Origin: Takakia lepidozioides
Taxonomy: Eukaryota; Plantae; Bryophyta
Length of the DNA stretch: 64,000 nt
Assembly (NCBI GenBank): GCA_030704615.1
Contig: CM060733.1
Coordinates: 69,564,001 to 69,628,000 of the forward strand
Reading direction: 5' to 3'
In this document: positions 14,033 through 26,229 of the stretch, in pieces
Numbering within the stretch: position 1 is the stretch's first letter
How the letters are laid out: each line of letters opens with the position of its first letter
Translations under genes and position numbers: made by a program
The notes under the pieces: model-generated
Seen by the model: the letters and a program-made list of their open reading frames with translations, nothing else
Told to the model about the DNA's origin: nothing
Databases searched by the model: none

Positions 14033-14730
14033 ATGATCACCAAGTGTTCAACACATAATGCCTCAACGATCTTTAATCACGTGGAATATAATGTTGGCAG
14101 GATTCCCTTAACATACATGTTGACAAGGTTGTTGAGTAGAAAAACGTTCGGCGTGAATCCACTTTGGACAATGTGAGTGTGCACCTGCTTTCCAACTTCT
14201 AGGCCTTTCATCTTGATGCACTTATGCAAGATACACACATACGTATCTACATCTGCTAAAATGCCTCTGTTTAAAATCTGTAGAGCCTCTGTCAATCTGC
14301 CTGCCTCATAAAGCATCTTCACATGCCCATAAGTGCCAGAAGAGGCATTGTGGACTCCCTCTCTTGCTCCTCTTCCAGAAGCTGTGGTCATGGTTGAGGT
14401 GCCTGATTTTATCAACTGTGCCACTACAGCTACCGCTTCCAGCTGACCATGTACCCATGGAGGTTTCTTGTAGCTATCCTTCCACAGGGATCCATAGGTA
14501 ATCTGGAGCTTGAAATCCGACCCTCTTGGATGAATATGGACCCACACTCTATCCTGCTCCTTCAGCTATCACTGCCTCTGCACAAATCATGCATACATCC
14601 TTGCCTTGTTGCCAATGCGATCATCGTACTCCACGACACCACATCTCGTTGAGCCACAGTCGAACACTACCTTCGCATCTTCAATGCTCCCGCATTCAGC
14701 ATACATGTCCACCACGGTGGTGTTCAGAAC
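14033..14730 (-). pseudogene. PPR gene fragments (mostly minus strand, with a ~70-bp plus-strand piece at 14033-14105)
   Basis: Minus: TYVCILHKCIKMKGLEVGKQVHTHIVQSGFTPNVFLLNNLVNMYVK and DMYAECGSIEDAK..RDVVSW. Plus 14033-14105: DDHQVFNIMPQRSLITWNIMLAGF. Confidence 0.8.
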
Positions 14731-15154
14731 GACAAACCCTACAATACCTATTCTTGTGAAACACACGTCAGCAAATGTGACCCCGAATCACGGGTGCAAT
14801 CAATGTGCAGTGGTTCATGGAGTCGTTGAGTCGACTACATATTCACTTTAATGAATAAATATCTTTATTCCATTAATCAAATTATGAATGAAAATTTCTA
14901 GTCGCATGTGTAGTAATTAGAACCACTTGTAATTTCCGTTTTTTCAAATTTTATGTATTTCCGTAATTAATTAAATAGCCCAGATTTTTGCTACGACTCC
15001 GGAGTCGTTGACCCCACTTCTGCCCACCGTCTGAAATGCCCCCATGGGCCCACATTGTCCGTTTCGACTCTCCAGTAGTCACGCTTACTGCCAAGTGGTT
15101 CCCGGAGTGGTTGGTGGACACCCAGTCGATTCGGAAAAGACACGAATGCTTCTA

Positions 15155-15800
15155 GTGAACGTTCCCCAGTTTGGGCTTTCTCACGAGTCCACTGCACTTG
15201 GTCACCTTTTGTCCTATTGTTCAAGGCCAGAAGCTGAAGCTCTTCCAGACAATTAATTAACCATCTGCCATTAGAGTTCAGCTCGTCCTCACCAAAAGGC
15301 CCAATGATATCATCCTGATGGAGACCTTTATCCACCCGGGCATTGAAGTCACCCAATAAAATCACCTGACCTTTGGCAAGGAGCGAAGCACAGTCTAGCT
15401 TTACATCTTCGAAGGCTTTGTCTGTGTCAGCACTAAGGGTTCCCTCTATGGGCATGTAAACACAACCCACAAAGAGGTCCTTCGTACTCATGCCGCCCTT
15501 CAGTTTCAGCTTTAGCCAGATACTATGCTCGTATCTCAAACTCTTGTTGATAATTTCACAATTGTCGAACAAGAAATCACGGACAAAGAATCCAACCTCT
15601 TTCTTACCGCGTTTGGCAGAGGCTGCCTTGGAGTACACTTCTTACCTACCCATTTATAACCAATGACATCTCCAACCAGTTCATATCATTAGTCCGAAGA
15701 CCTTGTCCCACTTCGAGTTATTTCCTTTGGTTAGTCAGCCCTGAGAAGTTGAAAGTGGCCAGCCGCAAGCCAACCCGTTGCATGTGAATTGTTTGTCGTC
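15155..15800 (-). mobile_element. LINE APE-type endonuclease fragment
   Basis: VGFFV, VGCVYMP, ILLGDFNARV and NSNGRWL..LLALN are EEP/APE motifs typical of the LINE ORF2 N-terminus; truncated. Confidence 0.85.
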
Positions 15801-16025
15801 TAGGTAGCTTAAGATTGCTCCTGGATGGCCAACCGTTTTGCAAAGGGGGGACAGTTACCCCGTCTGTAGACTTTGCTCTTCTTGTGTAAAGTTTGAGAAT
15901 TGCTAAACCATTCAGAGTACCAAATCCTTCAGTTACATGACGTTCAGACTCCGCACACTTAGGGTGAGAGTACCCCGGACAATGAATCAGAAAATGAATA
16001 ATGGGCGTGGTACGTATGCTTTGGA

Positions 16026-16140
16026 GGGGGTTGCTATTTCATGAGCGGCATGAGCATGAGCGGGAAAAAAAAAAGCATGAGCGGACCATTGTGTGTCCAC
16101 GAAAATAGGGTTAGGAGGCACGGAAATAGGGTCATATGAA
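16026..16140 (+). mobile_element. orphan terminal inverted repeat of the MULE family seen at 45104-52001
   Basis: GGGGGTTGCTATTTCATGAGC matches the reverse complement of 51981-52001 with one mismatch. It is followed by CATGAGC repeats and CCACGAAA/CACGG.AATAGG motifs also present at 45104-45235. Confidence 0.75.
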
Positions 16141-16559
16141 GTTGGAATTTGGCACCAGTGGACTCGTCATAGCAATGAAATGCAACATTTTATTGCAAAT
16201 TTTTTGTGTGTAATTGTCATAGCCGGAATGGGCAGCTAATATTAGCGTGGCCACTCTACTCACTAAATCACCGTTGAGTCCTTTGTCTTAATTCTGCAGT
16301 ATCCTCCCCATGTGATGAAGGATCAACGTTTTCATTGGTGCTTTCATCGCCCTGTCATCCTGCTAGCTCGTCATCCATCCACTAATGCCAATCAATGATC
16401 TCATCCCTGCTTGTCATCCAATTTTCCCACTGTCCATCCGCTGATGAAAATTTGTCAATTTCATCCTGTTAACTCCAATGATAAATTGCAATTTCATCCA
16501 GCTAGCCTGCCATCGTTCCTTACTTGCAGAAACCCCAATTTCCTTGTCTTGCCCATGGG

Positions 16560-19500
16560 GTTCTCCCGTGTTTCCCTCGTTACCCTCTTTTGACTCACAG
16601 ATGTAAGTACTCCCTTCCTTAGCTGGCTGGCCCTCCAGCCAACGCTTCACTCAAATATGCAGGTGCTTCACGTCTCGCCTCACTCTGTTCCATCGCTTTC
16701 TTGCTGCGTCTTCCAGAATGCATACTCGTTCGCCTTCCTTCTTGGTACGGTCAATGTGCTTGTCTACATAGCCTTGAAAGGAGTATGGATTTCCTGGCTG
16801 CATAAGCTCTCTGCTGTGCCCTTTGTGCTACATCAACATTCTCTCTCAATGTGCCCTCCAGCTCCTGTATGAATGCCATCTTCTCCTCAATCATCTTGTG
16901 CATTGCTTCCTGATCGTCAGTGAGCTCCACTAGTTCGGAAATTTGCCGATATTTGTTGTCTGCTCCCAACCTCATCACCCGTCTTGTCATCACCATGTAT
17001 GGTGAAAAATTACACATGGAAACAAAGAGTGGGACAGAGCCCTTTACAAGACGGCGTTTGGGTACAAAGTGGGCATACAGGCCTCTCAGTGTGATCATGC
17101 TTTCCTTGAGTGATCGAATTAACCTCTCTACCATCCTGTTGCACTGAGGTCAATAAGGGGCTGATCTCTCATGCTTGACCCCAAATTTCTTGCAGGTGAC
17201 TTCGAAATCTTTTGTCCACTCCGACCCGTGGTCTGTGAGCACTGAATTTGGTACCCCGTAGCGGTACATGACCTGTTCTTCAAAGAAGCGAGCTGCCAAT
17301 TTTGAGGTATGATCTGCTACTGCACTTACCTCTATCCACTTTGAAAAATGATCCACTGCGATTAACGCGTATTTGTTGCCTTCACTCGAAACTGGCAGTG
17401 GCCCTGCTGTGTCCAACGCGAATCTATAGAATATATCCTTGATCGGTATGCTTTGTAGTTCTTTTGTCCCTGATTGTAATGGTGTGGCGTTCTTCGCGAT
17501 TTGGCACTTGATGCATGTGCGTAGCACTTGTCTGATGGTGTGGGTGCGGTTATGCCAAAAGAAACATTTGCAGACCTCCATCTGCACCCTCCTGACCCCA
17601 TAGTGTCCAATTTCTTCATGTATCCCTCGAATTATATCCTCTCTAACATTCTTGTCAGGTACCCACTTGTCGTTGAACATGAGCTTCCCTGCCACCAACT
17701 GATATCTTGTTGTTCTTTTCCTGATTTGCTTGATCTCACCATCATCTAGATAATCGTTTGGCTGTCCAAATGTGATCAAGTGCATTGCTTGTATGTCATC
17801 CAATATGTCCGCACTTCTTTCTTCTTTCCGCTCTCCAATGTCATCACACTCCCACTGTTCTTGTTCTGTGTCTACTGCTTGTAATAAACTTACTTGCATC
17901 TCTCTTATAATAATGCCCCTCCTTTTGCTCACCGCAATGGCCAGCAACTCGTCTTCTTCCTGTGACTGTATCTGATTTGTTCCTGCTCCTGCCTGTAATT
18001 CTCTCAGTCCTTTTCCTGCCCATGTTCACTTTCTTCCTTGTTTTGTTCTCCATCTTGGTCTTGTGCTTCCATCCCCTGACTCCTTATTATTACCATGTTT
18101 ATTCTAGGTGTATCATCCCCCATCCTGATGTCAAGAAACCTCTGCAACACTTGGTTTTCGTCCATTCGGGTCTGGCATTGTACCCCTTGGTGTTTTGGTC
18201 TATAATACCAGCAGGCCCTTCGCTGATCTGGCTTCTTTGGTCTGACAGGGTTTGTCTCTTCTTTTGGAGCTTCATTACTGCTGCATATCCCTTGTTGTGG
18301 CTTCCTCCACACGCCATTTACCTTGGTAAGTTTCCACCCATCCGATTGTCCATCACCTTCTTCTCCTTCCATTTGAACTACCCACTTCAGCCCTGCTCTT
18401 GATGGATCGTGTCTCTCCTCATCAGCCCATTCCCAACATTGTGGTTTCACTGTTTCCCTTCGCATTTGTTGCTCTTGGTGCTTGTTGTCTGATCGAGGCA
18501 ACTCTCCCTTTTGCAGTTCAAGTTTCTCTTCCATCTCCCCACTCTGTTTACAATTCCAGTTCTCCGTTGATACCTTGCTGGTTGTATGTTCACATGGGTT
18601 CTCCCCTGTCTTCTTGTCATCATGACTGTCTGTCCAGGCTTTGTCTGTAACCTCACTTTGCTGCATATCTACTGTGTGTAGATTCAATCCTTTCTCACTG
18701 TCCTTACTGAGCCTGAAAAAAACTGGGCACTCTGACTTTCTTCCTTCAATTCTCTCACCCTCAGTCCCTCTAATTGCTGCCATCCTTTCTCTCTCTTGAT
18801 TTCTCTCCCTTGCTGTCACTCTTGTCAGTTTTGACCCTTCTTAGTTCCTTTTGCAGGCGCCATCTGTTGTCCACTCCTTTCAATGCATAGGCTGAACATC
18901 TCTCTTGGCTTCATGGTGATCACATCAGCTAAGTCATCCAACTCTACATCTCTCCCTTCATGCCCATGCTGACCTGTTGCATATGCAACCTTACCAGTAC
19001 TAACTGTCTCTCCACTGCTTGTTCCCTCTTCCCACAGTTGCCTTTCAGTGTCTGATTGTTGTCTGCCTTGTTGTACTGCAGGAATCATTTGATGTTGATC
19101 CTTTCCTCCATTTAATCGCGCCCTCAATTTGTTGTTCCTAAATTGTTCTTGTCCATGCACTCTGGCTTGCTCATTTTCACTGCCGCCTTTGACCATCAAC
19201 CGTGGTAGGTCATGCGTCCCCGTTCTGTTGTAATCACCGCTCCTTCCCTTCATTGTGGTTGCACCATCTACCTTCTGTTGGTCTTTGCTTGTTTTTATTC
19301 TTTGTTGACATCCCACATCTCTACTTTCACCACTTTTCTCTCTTGTACCACTCTCTCCCTGGTTTTGGTGATGGTGTCTTTGTTTGTGTGATAACAGGTT
19401 GGTACTCCTCTTCTCCAGCCTTTTCCCATCAACAGCTGCCTTTCCTACTTTCTTCTTCCTGCAGATAAGGTGGGTCTAGCTTCGCTGTCTCATTTCCTTC

Positions 19501-20938
19501 ATTGCCTTTGTTGTTTGGTGTCTCTGCCTCATCATCCCTTGCATTGGCTACTTCCCCATTGTTTGCCCTTTCCCTATACATTTGTTCTCCATTTTCTAAT
19601 TGGTGTGTATTTTCCTTAATTGCAGAGCCTGTTTGCTGCTCAATCTCCTCTGCATTCAATCCTCCCTTTGGATTACTGCTCTTGTACTTCAACTGCCCCA
19701 AGGCTGTGGTGCACAAACTCTTGTTGTTCTCATATAGTCTGAAAAAAGATACGTCTCCCACTTCTGCTTCCTTGATAGTGTTGCTGCTCATCTTCATGTT
19801 GTATGCAAGCTCCAGGCAATGCTGGTCCTGCCTTGATCCCACTTTCTCAACACCCATACCAACTGCACTTCCATGATTCACCTCCTTCTCCTTTGATTGT
19901 TCCATGCTTAATGATCGTGTCTGTCTTGTTGCATTTGCAGGGCTGATCTCCTGTTCAGCTCCATTCACTTGCATGTCCTCCTGTCGCAGCCCCTTTTCTT
20001 GCAACCCCAAAAGAGATAAGTCTGTCCTCTCTGTCTTACTCCCTAATTTCCCTTCATCAGTGCCTTCAAGTGTCCTCTTGGAACCTCTCATGCCCTCACT
20101 TTGGATTAGATCTTCTCGCTGTGCTTGGTCTGCACTACTCAGTGGCAGTCTATACTCATAGTTGTATTCACTTTCAGTTGTTTGTCCCACAATGTTTACC
20201 CCAGGTAGTAATTTAAACCTGACCCTCTTCTGCTTTAGTTTCCTTTCAGTTATTTTGCATGCAGTTGGAATGACATCTTCTATTGTTTCCTTGATGACCT
20301 CAAAGTCAAACCCAGTGGTCAAGTCTGTGCCCTTAATATTTCCTAGCTGTCTCCACTCAAGCGGATTTAGACTTGTTCTAACCTTGAAGGCTACCCCAGT
20401 TAGTTCCCCCTTGAACTGCCACAGGGCCCAAACAAAGAGATAGTAATGTACCTCACTCATCTTTGATTTATCCTCACTGACTTTCCTCTCATGTACCCCC
20501 ATGACAGTGCTATCAGTCCCTTCAAATTGGATCAGTGTGGCACGAGCAGTTCCTGCACTCAGTGTGTGATCTCCAATTCCAGATGAGTGTTATTTCCTAC
20601 CCCTCCCTCTTCAACTCTTTTGCTACAGTCAGTAGTGAAAATTTCAGGGTCACTCTTGTCATCTTTGCTGTCTACTGGAAACCTGCTCAGTGCATCTACA
20701 TTACCATGTTTCATACCTGGCCTATGCTGGATTTTGAAGTCAAAATCCTGCAGCATCATGATCCACCTTCCACGTCTTCCATAGGCATCACTGATAGTAG
20801 CCAGCCATTCTAATGGCTTGTGGTCCGTGCGCACAACGAATGATGTACCATACAAATACTGACGGAAGTGAATGATGCCCCAAACCAGGGCATAGCATTC
20901 ACCCTTTATGGGATGATAGTTCTTTTGGACTTCTGACA
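16560..20938 (-). mobile_element. Ty3/Gypsy pol 3' half (RNase H - long spacer - integrase), degenerate
   Basis: RNase H (LSEVQKNYHP..ECYALVWGIIHFRQYLYG, VRTDHKPLEWL, HGNVDALSR) at ~20640-20938; integrase HHCC (HEEIGH...CIKCQ) and core (FALDTAGPLP, VDHFSKW, LTDHGSEW, VERLIRSLK) at ~16950-17650. The RT is absent (cut at the MULE junction). Confidence 0.9.
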
Positions 20939-21651
20939 GGAGAGCAGTTGCGGCGTGAGCGCGCTCACGCTTAGCGCACTAAGTGTGAGCAGATTCCCTT
21001 AAGTGTGAGCAGAAGTTAAGCGTGAGCAGAAAGTGGAAGTGGATCATATAACCGTGGAAGAAGCAGGGCCTATTGTCGTTGACGCAAACTTATGCCTATT
21101 AGAGGTTTACATGCCATGATGGGACCGAAGGCGCCGACCTCCATGCCAGAAAATGTGGGATGAATGTGTACGAGAACTTCTCGATGAAGTAAGCAAGTAT
21201 GAATGGGTTCAGGGAAATGGATGAATTAAGGATGGATGTTGGATGATAAAGGGTGGATGAATGTAGCACAAATGAGTTTAATATAATAGCTTGTAAGAAA
21301 ACATTCATGACATTCATCATTTTCATAACAGTCATGGAGTATCATCTCATTCATTCATCTCATAGAAAGTGAATACATAAGGCAATTCTGCAAACAATCA
21401 TTGATCTCATTCAAGAAAGTGTTCTCATTATCCAGCACTAAGCCAGATACAAGTCGACCTGGTTGGAACACAAATATGCATTGAAAAACAACATTGAGAA
21501 GAAATCCTCATTGCAAAACAACATTGATCTCATTCAAAAATGCATCCTTGAAGCAAACGTACCCATCTCCAAAGTCCGATACACCCAGATTTGAGTAACA
21601 ATGACAAGGAGGGCAAACGGGTAGAGTTGTAATGCAAATCCAGACTACATC

Positions 21652-24600
21652 TCAATTTGTACCTGAAGTATCTCGTTGTAGCAGTGTGTGAACATCGCTG
21701 GGTCCAATCGTACATTGGTGAATGTACGTATCTCGTTTTGGATCGCAAAACATTCTCCGAATATAGATGTAGTACAAATGCTTGCACGGGACAAATTTTA
21801 CTCTCTTGCCAAGAGAACTTGAGAGCGTGTTCTGAAAGTCCGGACAAGTGCAATTAGGGAAATCGCCAAAAGTAATCTCATAGGTCCGGTCATGAACAAC
21901 TGATCCAGAGGTCGCCATGGTGTACACCCGCCCATACCCTGGCAAGGGAACATTCACAATTTGGGTGACGCAACACTGCAGGGTTCTAGCAGACTCCATC
22001 TTGCACTCATTGTCTGCACCAGCCTCAACCAAACGTACCGCTTTTCCATCCCTTTTTGTGGGCCTATCATTGCCATGTCGAGGACGTGCTGTAAAGTTGG
22101 AAGGGAAAGCCATTGGGTCAACTGGTGTTACGACAGGAGGGGCTCTCGGAAGGCGAAACCCGGCCTCCTCCAGCATGTCAATCTCTAGTTTGGAGAGTGC
22201 GGTTCCAAACTTCACTGGCCACACGGCTGGAATTTGAGGCTTCATTATCACAGATTCCCAAACAGTCCTCATGACACGGCGCACAATGTCATCCGGGCAA
22301 AACCAAAACTTGTGAGGCCTAGACTCCCGCGACTGGTAATGCTTGAACAACCCGGTGAACGTCGGGGCAGGAGTTCCGCAAGTCACTTTGGAAATTTGGG
22401 ACTTGCACTTCTGGAAGGAGGGGGCCCTAATAGCGGCACATTTGACTTTTGATCCATGGGGAGTCCGTTCGATATGCCACATTGCGTCTGTACAGTCTGA
22501 CTCATCTACCGGCAGAGTGTTCTCCCCTTCACCGGGGACTGTGGTGGTTGGAGACTCCTGAGGGAACGAAGGCAAAGAAGACTCCCCCACAAAGGGGGTG
22601 GCACCCACGAAAGTGGGGGGCACAGGCACACGTGGTACTGAAAAGTTCTCCCGATCGTGGCGGTGTGAATCTGCATCCGAGCCTGGTGGGGTGTCAAGTT
22701 TTCTTTTGCATGAACCAAACCTCTCCTCTCCTTCCAGATGTGCAAGCCGTGACTGCAATGGTGTTCCCATTGTGCACTCGTTCACAGCCCGTGCCATCTT
22801 AGTAGGGTCTTTCAATCTGTTTGCAGCCCTGAGTAGCAACTCTGCCTTGTCTGGCCCCTTGCCTGTACCCCGTCCCCGAAGGAAATCCCGGTACCGTGTT
22901 TGTTGCGAGAGCACGCGGATCATGTCATCAGCTGTGGCAACGTACAGATCCCGCCCGTTCTTCCCGGATTGCTTCATCCAAACACTGTGCACTTACTCCG
23001 AAAGATTGCAGGAGGGCCAAGCGTCATATCCTGTCAGCCATCAGATTATGCAATGAGTTCTCATGTTTTGAGTGCCGTTTTACTGGACAAGAGCAGGCAT
23101 CAAAGTGAAGAAACAAAACCCTCTAACTCCTGGAACTTACTGTTGTCATGAAACCCCCCCACTGTCTGTATCGGAAATGCCAAAACCCAAACCAGTCGTC
23201 CAGCTCTTTGAGGCCTTCCCGGCTTGATGCATCCGAGGAGTACCACCATGCTCAGATAGTTTGATACAGGGAGTTTGCCTCATGGTCCGTCCTTGTATCT
23301 TTGTACAAGCGGCATAGTCTCATGTGCTCGTCCTGCAATTCCACTTTTATGCAACTCTTTGTATGCCTTCGAAGGGACTGCGTCCAATGAAAGAGGCAAG
23401 TGCGCTCCCTACCTTCCATAGGTGTTTTGGGGTCTCCAGATCCAAACATACTGCATTCCAGTTTGCCTGGGCACTATTAGCCATGAATCCATTGAAGTTT
23501 GGATCAGGCACACCATTCAAATTCATGACGTTCACAAGAGACCTCCACATCAGAATTTGAGATTGTGTGTCCTCGGATTGCATGTCGCAAACGGCTATAG
23601 TCATTACTCTCTGGTAAGTGGGATCATACACATGACGAGCCATGGTTGTCCACTCTTTAACACGTTTGACATGGTCGAACATGAGTCATGATTTCTGCAG
23701 ATCGCCTCCAGGTTGCATTCTTCGGACCAGACTAACTCCACTACCCTCCCCCACCATGGACATTTTGAATAAGTACACTTTCAAGGATCCCTGGCCTGGA
23801 AAGACACTATCTTGAATAAAGTCATATTTGCTTCTACGCTTCAAGTCCAGAATGCTATCAAGATGACCTCTGTTCCTTGGGCCTATTCGCAGTGCGTTGA
23901 TGTGATTCCCGACATTGGGCGAGCTTAAAGTGGAAAAATGGTCTATAACAACATCTAGCTTTGAGGAGTCCAGCTTGGCTAAGATATCGTCTGGTTCTCC
24001 AAGAATATATTTTTGCAAGAACGTCTTGCTTGTCGCAAGTGCAATGGCTGATGGTGTAGCATTCGGAGCGTTGAGAACTTCTTGCTGCAGGAGTCCCAGT
24101 GCCGTATGTATACTTTCCCTGCAATCTCCTTTGCACACGGGATGATCATGATTTCCGAGATGTATACAAGCCCAAGTAAGGGTCTGGCAACGATGAAGAA
24201 CGTAGTACATGCGAGCCTTGCAGGTGGCAATGCATGTGGGGACGAATTTGCAAAACCTGCAGATGAACGTACTGTTACTTGGAGTGGCACAACCCACTGC
24301 AAATGGATTGTCCGCACAGCCCTCCCACCTAGTTTCGTTTGTGGAACCAGTCAGCCCTAGGCCACTGCAATTTGCATTTGTACATCGCAGGTGCCCAACG
24401 CAAACTGATCTCCGAAACTTCAACCCATGAGGATTGTGTATGTTGGAAGTTTTTGTCCGGCACCAAGGGTGTCCATCATGTTTCTTGTCCATACCCTACA
24501 TCAAACCAGCCAAACCTCCACATGAGGTTGGAGGCGGCAACTCGAAGAGGACATCACCATGAAATTCAGCAGGCAGACATCGAGCTCTTTCAATTCGAAT

Positions 24601-25153
24601 TGTCCCCCATGCAATCCCACGCACATCACTCCTGCAATTAGGCAAACCTTTCAGAGACTGCAGCTTGGGAATGACACTTGAAATCTCCAGAACATCTGCG
24701 TCAACATAAGCACTCGTGTTTGGCGGTGCAGGGATCTCCAAAATGTCCTCATCCGAGCTTTCGGAGAGCTCCATGAATGTAGTGGAAATGCTGGTCTCTT
24801 CCTTTTTTATGGGAGCAGGTGTGAAGGCTAGAGCCACCAAAGCAGCTGTTCCAGGCGTCAAGATGGAACTTGCAAACAGACGTCTTTGATCCTCGTGAAC
24901 ACGGTAGTTGCCCGCCGGAACTCTCCATTCTCTATGACTCCCAACCATATCTGGCTCCAGTATTAACATGCTGTCAACCCTACCGGAATCATCGTACACT
25001 TCTTTCTCAACATGGACAGTTCCAACTTCAAGTTCCAAGCTTCTATAGAGCACGTCCTCCTTCACAACAACGACACCATCTCCACCCGCGACCTTGCAAA
25101 TGGGCCTTGAATGGGACGCACAGTAGAACTTTGCTATGTTCGCTGTGGGATCC
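21652..25153 (-). pseudogene. MULE transposase pseudogene with GCM-like N-terminal Zn DNA-binding domain, DDE core and SWIM finger
   Basis: N-terminal GHPW.RT..SN.HN...FRRSVCVGHLRC..C...CRFC...C...IHLGNHDHP; core MFD (D1), FMANS (D2 changed to N), CLFHW (CxxH), PSCNLSE (E, ~23000); SWIM CTCPDF...CKHLYY. Several stops and frameshifts. Confidence 0.85.
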
Positions 25154-26229
25154 ATTGCACAGGTGGGTGTAGGTAAAGTGCAGTGCACAGGACGGAGTAC
25201 CTACACCGAAGAACTTAGGAGTACAAAAGCACCTAGTACAAATCCTCTAAGACGTCATATTTGTTGCAATGATGCCATGAATGTACTGCCAAAGGATGAG
25301 GATGTCCGGCACTAACCGACGCTTCATACTATCAAAAGAATGATCATGACCAGCACACGTCAGTGCCTATACAAGCTGCGATTGGCCAAGACCCAAGGGT
25401 AAAATGGACAACATTGATTTTTGCGCGTTCACACCGTTGAGTTTGACCGTTACATTGAGGGCGTATTGGAAAACGTATCCAATGCATGGCATGCGCCAAA
25501 TGCAGCGACAACCAACCTGTCACTGCTGGACACATGTTATGGCATACGCCGACATCCAGGGTGGATGAAGAAGTGCACATAACACATCAGGAAGAAGCCC
25601 TATGTGGACAATGCAACAAAAGTCGCGGACAGGACCTTTTCCATTCATCCCCAAACCCCAATCGTCATTTGAAATACCCCTCTGCAAAGCACCGTCCTTT
25701 CAGAGAGAGTGACCGTGCAGAGTGCCTAGCAAGCTGGAGGGGTTTAGAACAGATAGGAGTGCGTTCAAGCGTCGCAGAAGGAGGCAGTCTTTGTATTTCA
25801 CTACCGAGAGAGAGCGAAGGAAAGCACATGAGAGAATGAAGGGCAAGAGGTTAGGATAAGTGTTTGAAAAGATGGTTGCGGCATCTAGTAGAGAAAAAGG
25901 TCGGGAAGAATGAGAGTTTGTTTTGCTTGCTGCAGATGAGAATGACGAATAGAGCGAAGACAAGGGAACACAGACGGGAGCAGGGCACGATGCCGAGGCT
26001 CAAACCGACGACGAGCACATGGAAGATGCAGGAACGCAATCTATGTTGGGACCGGGCGATCTGAGTTTTTCTCCACTCCATTCCCTGCAAGAGGCCCAAG
26101 AAGAAGCAATACACATCGAAGTGAGAAAACCCTAAACCATTGTCCACTTACTTGTACATTGTGCATTGTATTTTCTTCATGTCTAACTATTCTGCTCGAT
26201 TGCGGCCTCTACAAGAGCAGGTCGCGGCG

